Shown here in pieces: positions 28,340-38,221 of a stretch of DNA of 64,000 nt (the stretch's first letter is position 1; each line of letters begins with the position of its first letter). The translations under genes were made by a program, and so were the position numbers. A model generated the notes under the pieces. That model did no database searches. It was given only the letters and a program-made list of their open reading frames with translations, and was not told the origin of the DNA. Location of the stretch: the NCBI GenBank assembly GCA_038065355.1, contig JBBTRC010000008.1, positions 5,406 through 69,405 of the forward strand. The letters are read 5' to 3'. The stretch comes from Patescibacteria group bacterium. GTDB lineage: Bacteria; Patescibacteriota; Minisyncoccia; Phycocordibacterales; UBA918.

Positions 28340-30751
28340 CTAGAATCTCGTCCCTTGAAGCTTGATGAGATTCGTAATTCTCTGCTGGGATATCGGTCCG
28401 AAGTAGCCGACAGCCGGAACGATAGCTTGAGCCTTCTGGAAGGTGATCACAGCATTCTGTGTCAGCGGTCCGAAGAAGCCGGTGACGAGCCCTTCGGGAT
28501 AATAGCCGAGTTTCGCGAGGTGCGATTGGAGAAGTGACACGTCTTGTCCGCTCATGCCTAGTACCAGATCCCGATCCCAGTAGTCGTGGAGCTTCTTAAA
28601 TGGAGTGACATGCTCAATAGTCGAAACTTTTTGGAGTTTATCGAGCGTCGCCCTATCCGCGATACCGGTCTGGGGCAGTTTGTATTTTGTCTGGAAGCGA
28701 ACAAGTGCCGAAGATGTCAATTGTCCATAGTATCCGGTTACCAAGCCTTCGGGATATATTTTCGGTTCTGATGCCAAAAGAACTTGGAGGTGAGAGATCT
28801 TCTTGCTGGTGTCGCCTGGCGTGAGTGCTTGATCGAACGTATAGATAGGCGTTCGTTGAACTACTGCAGGAACGATATCGATCGCCGTCTGCGTTATGCC
28901 GGATTTTGGAACAACGGTATATTCTGTCGGCTTGGAATAATTACCAAGCTGATCGACGCGAAAAACTGAATAGTAGTAAGTATTGTCATTGGACAGTCCG
29001 GTATCAGTGAACCGGCCCGATGTCCCCTTGTATACGGTAGTGCCATCAAATGGCGTTGCCGGGTGATGACCGGCTTTCTTCACGATGACTGTCTTGACTT
29101 TGCTTGTTTCAGGAACCGCATTCCAAAGGAAGAGTGCTTGGGAATCAAGTGGCGAGACGTTCGTCACGCCTGATGATCCGGTGGTGAACCTGCGCCTGCC
29201 ACCGCCCCTTGAAGATCGAGGTGCGGGAGAAGATACTGCGGGTGGATTTACTGTTGAATTGGCTGGAGTTGAAACATTCGAACTTGCTGCGGCAGTCCTG
29301 AATGTCATGTTTTCATACACGCTTTCATTGCCCGCCGTATCCCAAACTACCGGCTGAAAATTGTACGTCGTGTTCGGCGTAAGGCCAGAAAGGACATGGC
29401 GATGCGCCGTCAAAAGATTGGTATGGCCATTATCGGTATATCCATATGCCGTTGTTGCACCGTAGTAAAGTTCTCCGGCGGCACCCTCGTTGGTATTCCA
29501 GATGATAGAGACCGTTGAAGTGCCGACTGATTCCACTTGGACGTTTGATATCACGGGAGCTGGATCAACGATTACTTGCTTGAAAAGCGTTGTGAATTCA
29601 TATCCTGATTTTGTGACGGTCTGTCCTCGCGAATTTGTGGAAACTACTTTGTAGAAATAGACCGTGCCAGGTGTCAGACTGGTGAGCTTCACCGTGTGGG
29701 AAGTCTCTGAACTTGAAATGAGAGGCGAGGACTGAAGATGACTTTCTGTTTTTCCATAAAAAACCTGGGTCGTTGCCGCCTCGTTCGTCGTCCAGATTAT
29801 TGTCGCCGTTGCGGTACTGACCGATGCGGTTTCGACCTCCGAAATGGCAAAAGCTGGCGAAGGTGTCGAGCCGCCTCCCGAAGATCCATTTGTTGTCGTT
29901 GATGTGGTGTTTGTGGAATCGGTAGTCGTCGCGGTCGGCGTTGGTTCAGGAGTCGGCTCAATCGAAGAGGCGTCATCGGTCGTAAACATTTCGTCTGGAG
30001 ACGAGAATGTATTCCCTGCTTCGTCGGCAACCACAACACGATAGTGGTATACCGTTCCGGCACTCAAGTTTCCAATGTTGGCGGAATGGTTGGTCGCATA
30101 ATCAGCCGCAACCGGCGTTTGTGATCCGTAGTTTTCCGTAAGGCCATATTCCACTTTTCCCTGGGCAAGCTCATCGGTGTCCCAACCAATCGTCGCTCCG
30201 CTGGTGGTGATGTTGGAGATAATAATATTTTGGATTTCTGGCGGAACGTTATCGGCTGCCACTAATTCAACAGAAGTCTCGAGTGTCCTATCTTGCGAAT
30301 AGCTTGTGTTCCCAGGCTCATCTGTCGCAACAATACGATAGTGATATACCGTGCCAGCGGTAAGTCCGCTGATGGTCTGGCTGTGCTCAAGGGCAAGCGG
30401 GGTGTCGCCTGTGGTTTGTCCATAACTTGTAGTCTGACCGTATTCGATATGCCCCGTGGACATTTCATCAGTTGTCCAAACAATTGAACTTTCGGTTTCG
30501 CCCGCAGAGACGGTGGCAACAGAAATAAAAGATGGTCCTGCGGTATCAGTAGGAGTGATGATTTCTTCGACAACAGGTGTCGGATCGGGCTCTGGGTCCG
30601 GCACTGGCTCTTCTACGGGTTCAGAAACCGGTTCTGCGGCTGTCGTGGTGTCAGTGGTCGGAGCTGTGGCATCAATCTCTGCGATCGCAAGTGGAGAATG
30701 AAAAGCAATTAGAGCGAATACTAATAAAAGACTCGCGATTTTTTGTTTCAT
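28340..30751 (-). CDS. Large surface protein: signal peptide, about five fibronectin-III-like repeats, Thr/Ser/Pro linkers, two C-terminal peptidoglycan-binding (PGB_1-like) domains
   Basis: Repeated GTVYHYRIVATDEAGN-type FN3 (purple-acid-phosphatase-N-like) units. Two C-terminal repeats each containing a 'GYYPEGLVTG(F/Y)(F/Y)G' core. Confidence 0.6.
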   Translation of the reverse strand: MKQKIASLLLVFALIAFHSPLAIAEIDATAPTTDTTTAAEPVSEPVEEPVPDPEPDPTPVVEEIITPTDTAGPSFISVATVSAGETESSIVWTTDEMSTGHIEYGQTTSYGQTTGDTPLALEHSQTISGLTAGTVYHYRIVATDEPGNTSYSQDRTLETSVELVAADNVPPEIQNIIISNITTSGATIGWDTDELAQGKVEYGLTENYGSQTPVAADYATNHSANIGNLSAGTVYHYRVVVADEAGNTFSSPDEMFTTDDASSIEPTPEPTPTATTTDSTNTTSTTTNGSSGGGSTPSPAFAISEVETASVSTATATIIWTTNEAATTQVFYGKTESHLQSSPLISSSETSHTVKLTSLTPGTVYFYKVVSTNSRGQTVTKSGYEFTTLFKQVIVDPAPVISNVQVESVGTSTVSIIWNTNEGAAGELYYGATTAYGYTDNGHTNLLTAHRHVLSGLTPNTTYNFQPVVWDTAGNESVYENMTFRTAAASSNVSTPANSTVNPPAVSSPAPRSSRGGGRRRFTTGSSGVTNVSPLDSQALFLWNAVPETSKVKTVIVKKAGHHPATPFDGTTVYKGTSGRFTDTGLSNDNTYYYSVFRVDQLGNYSKPTEYTVVPKSGITQTAIDIVPAVVQRTPIYTFDQALTPGDTSKKISHLQVLLASEPKIYPEGLVTGYYGQLTSSALVRFQTKYKLPQTGIADRATLDKLQKVSTIEHVTPFKKLHDYWDRDLVLGMSGQDVSLLQSHLAKLGYYPEGLVTGFFGPLTQNAVITFQKAQAIVPAVGYFGPISQQRITNLIKLQGTRF

Positions 30752-30755
30752 ATTT

Positions 30756-31055
30756 TTATTTTTTGGTCTGGGCTTCCATTTTTAGAAGCTTCTTGGCGAT
30801 GATGAAAATAATGAAGGCCAGGATAAGAAAATTGAACAGCTCGGCCGCAAAAGAGCCGATGGCGATGTTGATTGGACCGATATGCCACAGCGCTTCTCTC
30901 CACGATTCAGCACCCATGAGAGGTTCGGCAATCGGCATCAGCACGTCTTTTACCAGTGATTCAACCAATGCCGTGCTTGCCGTACCCATCACAAAGCCGA
31001 CTGCCAAAGCAATGACGTTGAACTCTTTTAAAAACTTGGCAAATTCTTTAAGCAT
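30756..31055 (-). CDS. mscL: Large-conductance mechanosensitive channel
   Basis: 99 aa. MLKEFKEF..NVIDLAVGVIIG-type N-terminus, two TM helices. Confidence 0.75.
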   Translation of the reverse strand: MLKEFAKFLKEFNVIALAVGFVMGTASTALVESLVKDVLMPIAEPLMGAESWREALWHIGPINIAIGSFAAELFNFLILAFIIFIIAKKLLKMEAQTKK

Positions 31056-31057
31056 GG

Positions 31058-31768
31058 TTATAAATTATTTTTAATAGCTCGATGCTCCCGAAAGACGCCG
31101 AATATAAGAAAAATAAACATGCTGCCCACAAGAATGCCAAGCACGTTTAGACCAAAAATACTGGCTGCCCTTAGCGCCAGATCGTCCGCTGGATCGAAAA
31201 GTCCGATCCCCGTCGCCACCAAGGGCGGCATGAGAGAGACGGCGATCCCAATGCCGGTCATCGCCCCGCCTACTTTCGAACGAATGAGACCGTACGCGGC
31301 AATGGCTCCGGAAACTACGGCAATCAAAAGATCGAAGAAAACATTTGGAAAGAAAGAAATAAGTACCCTCTCCACTGTATCGAAGTTACTTTTAACGAAG
31401 AGTGAAAATAGGCCGCCGATGAGAGTCGCGAGAAAGATCGCAATCATGAGCATAGCGAGAGAACGGAGCACAAGCTTGCCGTCGAGAGCAAGTATACCAA
31501 GCCCCAACGAAAGTATCGGATATGCGAGCGGGGCCACGATCATGCTCGCGATAAGGACTGGAATACTGTCAACCAATATGCCGCAAGCGGCGAGGATGAT
31601 CGCACCGATGACCAAAATATAGAAATCTCTGTCGGGAATAGTATTCGAAAGAAGATCGGCGACCGCTTCTTGTTTATTTTTTCTTTCGTACGGTCGTGAT
31701 TCAAATAATAATGACATGGAGCGATAGTACGATATCTCCAATATTGTAGCACTCTTTTCATTGCACAC
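31058..31768 (-). CDS. DUF389-like polytopic membrane protein
   Basis: 236 aa, hydrophobic repeats with GIAVSLMPPLVATG motif. Confidence 0.4.
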   Translation of the reverse strand: MCNEKSATILEISYYRSMSLLFESRPYERKNKQEAVADLLSNTIPDRDFYILVIGAIILAACGILVDSIPVLIASMIVAPLAYPILSLGLGILALDGKLVLRSLAMLMIAIFLATLIGGLFSLFVKSNFDTVERVLISFFPNVFFDLLIAVVSGAIAAYGLIRSKVGGAMTGIGIAVSLMPPLVATGIGLFDPADDLALRAASIFGLNVLGILVGSMFIFLIFGVFREHRAIKNNL

Positions 31769-31802
31769 TAAAGTGCCCGCTCGAAAACGCCGCCCGCTTA
31801 GT

Positions 31803-32807
31803 CTATACCTTAATTAAACTGGCAATAAAAGATGTGCCTGTATCAAAGATGTGATGCTCGGGAGAAATCTTTTCAAGTTCATTTTCAAGTTGTTCTTTTG
31901 TATAGCGAAGTGACTGAAACACAAGAAGTTTGTCCCCATTTACAACTCCTTTTTCCTCGATTTCCTTAGAAACATGTAGTATTGAGCACCATACACTTAT
32001 TTTGTCATCCGCCTCTCTTGTACTTACATCAGTATCTGGATTCAGTCCGATCAATTTTAATTTATCGTCAGCCAAAGTGAGTGCATCTTCTGCATACACA
32101 TTTTGTAGAGCAGTCATATCGATACGATCTCTCATTTGGGAATTTATGAAGACAAATCCGCCTTTACCAGCAATCTCTTTTAGCATACTCAGAATAGTCT
32201 GTGGTGCATAGTTAGAAAAAGTAAGCCCAATATTTACAAAACGTGGTGTGGTATTCTCTCCAAGAATTGCAGCAACTTCTTCAAACGGAGCCTGGATTGG
32301 GCGTACCTGAACATTCTGACTTTTTGCATGTTTCTCGGCGAGTCTGAGATAGTACTCACTTATATCAACTGGGATATAAGTAAATTCTTTTCCTTGCTTC
32401 TTGAGCTCATCAAAAAAGAACTGTTCTTTATGCTCGGTACCAGGGCCGAGATCGATGTATTCAAATTTGTTGGGCAGCAAATCAGCGACACTCATTGCGA
32501 TGGATTGTAGATATTCTCTTTCTGGTTTGGTAACTAGTTTAAAGTATGGAGTGTCAGTCTTTTGCAGAGACTCATATTGCTCAACACCTGAAGAAAGATA
32601 GAGGAGCAATGAGTCGGAATAGTCCCAAATATGAGGAGCGGTAGGAACAAGCGATTTAAGAGCTCGCTTTTTAAACCAATTATTGTCGTATTTGATATCT
32701 TTTTCCATTAACATGATTTTAGCATTTTGCGCTACAAACAACCTGTCTGGGTCTACCGGTACGATTTCATGCGTACTGGCTCTAGGACGAAGTTGGAATT
32801 TTTTCAA
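31803..32807 (-). CDS. SAM-dependent methyltransferase, EgtD/Methyltransf_33-like
   Basis: IDLGPGTEHK ... YIPVDISEYYL pattern resembling histidine-N-alpha-methyltransferase family. Confidence 0.45.
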   Translation of the reverse strand: MKKFQLRPRASTHEIVPVDPDRLFVAQNAKIMLMEKDIKYDNNWFKKRALKSLVPTAPHIWDYSDSLLLYLSSGVEQYESLQKTDTPYFKLVTKPEREYLQSIAMSVADLLPNKFEYIDLGPGTEHKEQFFFDELKKQGKEFTYIPVDISEYYLRLAEKHAKSQNVQVRPIQAPFEEVAAILGENTTPRFVNIGLTFSNYAPQTILSMLKEIAGKGGFVFINSQMRDRIDMTALQNVYAEDALTLADDKLKLIGLNPDTDVSTREADDKISVWCSILHVSKEIEEKGVVNGDKLLVFQSLRYTKEQLENELEKISPEHHIFDTGTSFIASLIKV

Positions 32808-33226
32808 TCAAGAGCAGGAATAGCGAATCCATCGTATTGAACAGCTTCAGCGTCTAAAACCTCTTCAAGAGAATTCACATGGGTAATATCAGGATGCAGT
32901 TGCATCAACGAACGGCGAGAGTGTTTTCCAACAATGTATATTCTCTTCTTGCCAGAAAGCTCTTTATGGGCTAAACAAATACCCAGCTCAATAAACATAT
33001 CGGTGCCTTCCGGATCACTAATTAATACGAAGATCTCAGTAGCTAACAGAGCTTTGATTATTTTTCTATTAAATTCTTCAACTTTATGCAAGTTACTTTC
33101 ATAGTTGGCAAACACCTCAACATTAAGCCAGTCGGCCAAGACTACTTCACCCTTCTCCTCAAGAAATTGAGCTAATTCTGCTAACTTCTTTTGGTGTCGA
33201 GTGCGGGAAGCGAAATACCATTTCAC
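32804..33226 (-). CDS. Nucleoside 2-deoxyribosyltransferase-like Rossmann protein
   Basis: C-terminal PEGTDMFIELGICLAHK...KRIYIV resembles the D.GT.FE.G.A.A.GKPV signature. Confidence 0.4.
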   Translation of the reverse strand: MKWYFASRTRHQKKLAELAQFLEEKGEVVLADWLNVEVFANYESNLHKVEEFNRKIIKALLATEIFVLISDPEGTDMFIELGICLAHKELSGKKRIYIVGKHSRRSLMQLHPDITHVNSLEEVLDAEAVQYDGFAIPALD

Positions 33227-33261
33227 AAGGGATAGTTTACCAAAATCACTGGCTGTGTTTG

Positions 33262-34293
33262 TTAGAAATTCGCAAAAAGCCTTTTATTTGTGACCTCGAT
33301 TCGTACTTTGCTACCGTACGGCATCGGTATTTGCGGATCGGTATGTCCGAAATTCATGTTCTGCACCACTGGAACAGTCTGGTTATACGAACGCACCACC
33401 TTAAGAATCGTCTCCTGCTGTTCTTTGCAGTATGCCGTCTTAGCTTCTGGCGAGTTGGGTTTATCAAACTCCCACGCTTTCGCTCGTCCTATCAGGACAC
33501 CTTGAACCCTCTGGAGTATGCCCCGCTCGCCAAGCGCACGCATGACGCGGAATACATAGTCGGCGCGCGGTATCTCTTCAGAGGTCTCAAGCATCAGAAC
33601 AATGTTCCCAAACTGATCAATGTTTGGAATAGGTATTCCGTGACGGAGCATCTCATCGACCGATTCTACACAGCCGCCCCAAAGTAACCCTTCGGTATTA
33701 GCTGATCCGTCCCAGACCATACCTTCGTTCGGCCAATATTGGCGCTTCGTTTTAAGAAGCGAGGGATCATCCCAACTGAGTCCCATGTCGTTGTATGTCT
33801 CAGATGCTCTCAACTCAAATTCCCCTTCATCAAAGAGGGCGTGTTCAAGATAATCAACAGTGTAGTCATCCATCTTTCCTTGCATCGCAAACTGCGTAAA
33901 CAGTGCTCCTCCATAAAATGATGGGATCCCATTAAGCCAAAGGAAGTTAGCAAAGTGAGAGTTGTCACTAAAACCAAAGAACGGCTTGGGGTTGGAAGCA
34001 AAAGGTGCTGAGGGAAGATTTTTTATATAGGTCACCTGATCGTCTCCACCAATAGAGCTGATCACCCCTTTGATCGACGGATCCTCAAAAGCGGCGATAA
34101 GGTCCTGTGCACGCTCTCTGGTTGGCGCATCAATTTTTGTTGTTGTCGGAAATGCAACAGGAACTAATCCAAATTCCTCCCGCAGTCGTTTAAGTCCCAG
34201 CTGATAGACATGCGGCCATTTCCCCGGAGCCGCAGAGGACGGTGAGAGAATGGCAACCTTATCTCCCTTTCTCAATTTGGTAAGCGGTTTCAT
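33262..34293 (-). CDS. LD-carboxypeptidase (peptidase S66; LdcA/MccF-like)
   Basis: N-terminal KGDKVAILSPSS, an S66-family-like sequence pattern, and a 343-aa length. Confidence 0.7.
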   Translation of the reverse strand: MKPLTKLRKGDKVAILSPSSAAPGKWPHVYQLGLKRLREEFGLVPVAFPTTTKIDAPTRERAQDLIAAFEDPSIKGVISSIGGDDQVTYIKNLPSAPFASNPKPFFGFSDNSHFANFLWLNGIPSFYGGALFTQFAMQGKMDDYTVDYLEHALFDEGEFELRASETYNDMGLSWDDPSLLKTKRQYWPNEGMVWDGSANTEGLLWGGCVESVDEMLRHGIPIPNIDQFGNIVLMLETSEEIPRADYVFRVMRALGERGILQRVQGVLIGRAKAWEFDKPNSPEAKTAYCKEQQETILKVVRSYNQTVPVVQNMNFGHTDPQIPMPYGSKVRIEVTNKRLFANF

Positions 34294-34300
34294 GTATTGA

Positions 34301-35413
34301 TTACGGATGCATCTGCGTACCCTTCATTCTCGGATATAAAATAGCTTTAGATATATTATCAAATCCAAGGACCCAGGAAATAAAACGCTCGATACCTAAG
34401 CCGAATCCCGATGTTGTTTTATAATTGGAAATACGCCGCAGATCCACGTACCATTCATAAGGGTTGGGGTCGATTCCTTGGCGTCGCATCGACTCATACA
34501 TCTCTTCTACAGAATCCTGTCGCTGACCCATACCCAAAACCTCGCCTCCGAAAGCATTCTCAATGATTGATGGAAATAAAAGGTCCCCATTGATCACTCG
34601 TTCAGAATTATCAGCTGCTGGTTTCTGATAAAACGGCACACGGTCACGATGATAGTGCGTTACCCATACAGGAGCTTTAGTTCCTAGAATCTTCAGCAGT
34701 TCACGCTCTCCGGCGCTTGTTAAGTCTTTGCCATGCACTGATTCTCGAATACCTTCTGTGTACCCATGTTTCAGAAGGAGTGCTTCTGCTTCATCAAAAG
34801 TTATTTGCTGAAATAGCTTTGTAGCAAGGAGCACATCAAGAGCCTCACGTGACTTTTTTGGATCTTGTGATAATTTCTCGACAGTATGAGTCATTTCCTT
34901 AATGAGCGATGCCAAGCTCCGAACATATCCTTCTGCGACAGCCTGAGCCACCTCAAATGTCTCCTGAGCTTCATATTCACAGTGATAGAACTGATTAAGA
35001 TGGCGTTTATCCGGATCTTCCCCGCGCATGGATGCTAAATAGCAATACGCACGAGGCACGCCTCCAATGAGCACGGGCTCAAACCCGAACTGTGACGAAT
35101 CAACGAGGTAAGTATCGAACCCTCCAAACGTAAGCGGAATAGGTTCAGAGTCTGATCCGGGACCCGCCGGAGAAGAGACTGATGATGTCATAAGAAACAG
35201 ATCGACATTCTTCGCTCCGACGACATTAGAAAAATATGCATCGCTTATGGCCCGCACATGATGCCGCAGATGGGTCAAGACCGCAAAATAGGGGTCAGTT
35301 GCAACCTGGCGATAATAATGACTCGCATCAAGTACCGGGTGTTCAAGGCGAGCGTGAGCATCCTGCCCTATTTGTTCATCATCAATTTTTGCTTTCAGTA
35401 ATGCTGCGTCCAT
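34301..35413 (-). CDS. Class IIb aminoacyl-tRNA-synthetase catalytic-core paralog lacking an anticodon-binding domain (AsnRS-like; candidate archaeal-type asparagine synthetase AsnA)
   Basis: Motif-2-like MRGEDPDKRHLNQFYHCEYE (compare AsnRS FRAE..T.RHL.EF.M.E.E). C-terminal motif 3 GFGLGIERFISWVLGFDNISKAILYPR. Confidence 0.55.
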   Translation of the reverse strand: MDAALLKAKIDDEQIGQDAHARLEHPVLDASHYYRQVATDPYFAVLTHLRHHVRAISDAYFSNVVGAKNVDLFLMTSSVSSPAGPGSDSEPIPLTFGGFDTYLVDSSQFGFEPVLIGGVPRAYCYLASMRGEDPDKRHLNQFYHCEYEAQETFEVAQAVAEGYVRSLASLIKEMTHTVEKLSQDPKKSREALDVLLATKLFQQITFDEAEALLLKHGYTEGIRESVHGKDLTSAGERELLKILGTKAPVWVTHYHRDRVPFYQKPAADNSERVINGDLLFPSIIENAFGGEVLGMGQRQDSVEEMYESMRRQGIDPNPYEWYVDLRRISNYKTTSGFGLGIERFISWVLGFDNISKAILYPRMKGTQMHP

Positions 35414-35425
35414 ATTTGTAATTTT

Positions 35426-36241
35426 CTATACGCCAAAGAGAGCTATCTGCTCCTTTTCGGGAGTCTTTCTGCAGAGAAGGACGGTGTAGCTCAGATACTT
35501 ATGATTCTCATTAAACATACTCATGTAACCATGCAGCTTCTTGAACGCTGACTCATGCGCTGCCTCTGAAAGATCAAGCGGAGTTATCAATGCCTCACAA
35601 TATGTCCTTACGTCATCATCCGATGGATATACGGGCATAGGAGCATCGTAAACGTAATACTCTTCCAGACCTGCATTTGTATACAGCGATATCCAATATT
35701 CCTTACTCCATTTTTGGATGGAGATATTAAGCGATTCATTTATGGTATCGACTATCTCTTGCGGGGGATCCTGACGATAATACAAGAATACATCCCCGAT
35801 AAACCCATACGGCTTGCACACGCGCGCGTATTCACGGGCCACTTTCTCTTTGTCGCGCATGAACGCAGTTGACCCCCCAGACATAACCAGATCAAAAGTG
35901 TTATCAGCAAAGCGTAAACTATGAGCATCCCCCTGTTCAAAGGTGATGAGGCTACTGTATGGTTCCGGTTCTTTCTTTAGACGTGCATTGGCTGAGCGGA
36001 GCATCTCTTCATTGAAGTCGAGCGCGGTGACTCGGCACTTGGTGAGATGGCTCAATTCAAAAGAGCAATACCCTGTATTGCATCCTGAGTGCAACACATG
36101 AGAATCTGAGGTCAGAAATGCATTTTGCGCCATGCGACGCATGGAGTCTTTACCTCCAGGCGGACGATTCGTTTCATTGAGAAACCCCATAAAGGAGACG
36201 TAGTCCATCGCTTCAATTTGCTCCAAAGTGGCGGAATTCAT
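35426..36241 (-). CDS. Class I SAM-dependent methyltransferase
   Basis: VLHSGCNTGYCSF motif I, acidic post-I (ALDFN), LVMSGGS motif. Confidence 0.6.
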   Translation of the reverse strand: MNSATLEQIEAMDYVSFMGFLNETNRPPGGKDSMRRMAQNAFLTSDSHVLHSGCNTGYCSFELSHLTKCRVTALDFNEEMLRSANARLKKEPEPYSSLITFEQGDAHSLRFADNTFDLVMSGGSTAFMRDKEKVAREYARVCKPYGFIGDVFLYYRQDPPQEIVDTINESLNISIQKWSKEYWISLYTNAGLEEYYVYDAPMPVYPSDDDVRTYCEALITPLDLSEAAHESAFKKLHGYMSMFNENHKYLSYTVLLCRKTPEKEQIALFGV

Positions 36242-36297
36242 GACTGAAATAGTATATCAAAAAAGAAGCGGGTGGCCGCATGTATCGGCCCCCCCCA

Positions 36298-37587
36298 CTA
36301 CAGTGGGTACAGGATCGTTTCACGAATATTTGCGGGTAAGTTACCGCGCATGGTCATGAACAGACGATTTAGACCCATGCCGATGCTACCAGACGGCGGC
36401 ATTCCGTACTCAAGTACCCGAAGATACTCTTCGTTAACTGGAACTCCAACTTCTAGGAACTGGCGCTTCATCGCCGATCGGACTCGCTCAGGATCGTTCT
36501 CGTCCGCATACACATCGGCGATATCAGTCCCTTGGATGAGGAGTGCAGCTCGATCTGTTGTTGACGAGTCGTCTGCATTCACTTTCACTAGGGGCGAGAT
36601 GCCTGCAGGGATGCGGGTGATGAATGTCGGATCCTTGAAGTGGGGCCCGAGCAGCTTGTTGATGGCTTTGAAGACCCACGTGAAGGTCCCCATACCGCTA
36701 ACGAACTGCTCAGGGTAGCGGCTGATGAAGGTCTCCAAACGGCATTCCAGTCGAGGAATACACAAGATCTGTTCACACGCGTCATAGAATGCGACTCGTG
36801 CGAACGGCACAGGCAGTGCAACCTCGCCTTCAGGGGAAGAGGCTGATAAGGAGCCACCTGCCTCCACCGCCCTGAGCATAGACTCGAGCAACTGCATCAT
36901 TGCTTCGCAATCTGCACCCGTCCGATACACTTCAAGAAGTGTAAACTCCGGTGAGTGTAGTGAGTCCATGCCTTCGTTGCGGAACGACTGAAGAATTTCG
37001 AAAACGTTCTCGAAACCAGCCACTTGCAGTTTTCGGAGCTTGAGCTCACTGGTAAGACCGAGCGTATATTCACGTCCGTTTGCATTGCAGTGGGTCGTGA
37101 AGAGGTTCGCTGTTCCCGCTTCCCGTTGCTGCTGCAAGACTCCGGTTGAAAACTCGTCGAATCCAGCAGACCACAAGAATCTTCTGATTTCCTTGGTACC
37201 CTGCGTGATGCGACGAAACAACTCGAACGAAGCCGGCTCAGCAAGCAAGCCTGCCAAGCGATCAGCGTAACGCTTCCCCGACTGCATGCCTACATACTTA
37301 CTCGGGAGCGGACGCGTGCACGACGCGACCACAACGACACTAGAGCAACGGACAGAGAACTCTTTCGAATTGCTCAGGCACGTAACGCCAGTAAACCAGA
37401 TGCTGCTTCCGATCAATGTCTTCGACACCACATCATAGTCATCGACAGCATGTGCTGCCAGTATGAGCTGGATGAGGCGCTGTTGAAAACGAATGGTCCA
37501 GAAGGAGACCTTGCCCATCCGTCGCTTTCGCAGCAGGCGGGCATATCCCGACAAGTTACAGTCGAGGTCAAACGGGTATTGCCCCAT
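36298..37587 (-). CDS. Divergent class II lysyl-tRNA synthetase-like protein (N-terminal OB fold plus class IIb core)
   Basis: Motif 2 SFRNEGMDSLHSPEFTLLEVY (LysRS/EpmA-type FRNEG..H.PEFT.LE.Y). Motif 3 GSIGMGLNRLFMTM. PLPSKYVGMQSGKRYADR resembles LysRS LP.KFHGL.D.E.RYRQR but is degenerate. Confidence 0.55.
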   Translation of the reverse strand: MGQYPFDLDCNLSGYARLLRKRRMGKVSFWTIRFQQRLIQLILAAHAVDDYDVVSKTLIGSSIWFTGVTCLSNSKEFSVRCSSVVVVASCTRPLPSKYVGMQSGKRYADRLAGLLAEPASFELFRRITQGTKEIRRFLWSAGFDEFSTGVLQQQREAGTANLFTTHCNANGREYTLGLTSELKLRKLQVAGFENVFEILQSFRNEGMDSLHSPEFTLLEVYRTGADCEAMMQLLESMLRAVEAGGSLSASSPEGEVALPVPFARVAFYDACEQILCIPRLECRLETFISRYPEQFVSGMGTFTWVFKAINKLLGPHFKDPTFITRIPAGISPLVKVNADDSSTTDRAALLIQGTDIADVYADENDPERVRSAMKRQFLEVGVPVNEEYLRVLEYGMPPSGSIGMGLNRLFMTMRGNLPANIRETILYPL

Positions 37588-37749
37588 GGGACATATCCTT
37601 TCTATTGATGAGAACTGAATGATCAGCTTGCGGTACTGTATAACGAAATCTGTGATGTGTACAGAGAGACAATTTTTTACCCCTTCCGCAACGATTCACA
37701 CCAGAAGAGAGCATTGGATCAAAAACAAGAATAATTGGTTTATCGAAAA

Positions 37750-37771
37750 GCCGCCCGTTCAGGCGGCTTTT
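37750..37771. terminator. Hairpin gccgcc-cgttca-ggcggc followed by TTTT; bidirectional intrinsic terminator at the backbone/island junction
   Basis: Exact 6-bp GC stem with A-tract 5' and T-tract 3'. Confidence 0.4.
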
Positions 37772-38010
37772 CTGTCTGGACACCGGACTCACCAGGTGTG
37801 CGATTTTCGGAATAATATCGTGTGATTTCCTGGAAGTTCGAGCCCACGACTGATTCTCAGAATTTCTTGACCGAAACGGCGATTTTAGCCGTCTCGATAG
37901 GTCTCACCACGTTGTTGAAAAAACCATCTCGGGCTAGAACCGTAGTCGGTCAAGCCCCGATTAGTTCTTTTGGCTTCCTTTTGGTTTATCAAAATAACGC
38001 GTCTCGAGCG

Positions 38011-38217
38011 CTATTTAATTTTAGCTTTACAGTAATTAAATGTATAGAAAAACAGAGTAAACAAAACAGATGAAGTAGATATGATGCTTAGGAAACAAGA
38101 TATATTTAATAATATAGGCAAATTAAAATATTCAGCAATCCCCAAACCCAATAACGAGATGACTAAAACCCACAGGTTTTGATTTAGGTTAATTTTGAAG
38201 TTATCAATGGTGCTCAT
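38011..38217 (-). CDS. Small two-TM membrane protein
   Basis: 68 aa, hydrophobic. Confidence 0.3.
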   Translation of the reverse strand: MSTIDNFKINLNQNLWVLVISLLGLGIAEYFNLPILLNISCFLSIISTSSVLFTLFFYTFNYCKAKIK

Positions 38218-38221
38218 AAAA

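Noticed and set aside
36298-37587. Calling the LysRS-like gene an EpmA/PoxA (EF-P lysylation) enzyme
   Set aside because: EpmA lacks the N-terminal OB/anticodon-binding region, whereas this ORF has about 180 N-terminal residues with an OB-like pattern (RMGKVSFWTIRFQQRLIQLI). It is therefore a full LysRS-like architecture, albeit divergent.
37830-37870. tRNA-like T-arm sequence (agttcgagcccacg) near the island junction as a possible tRNA integration site
   Set aside because: I could not fold a cloverleaf on either strand (no complementary T-stem or acceptor stem), so no tRNA or tRNA fragment is claimed.
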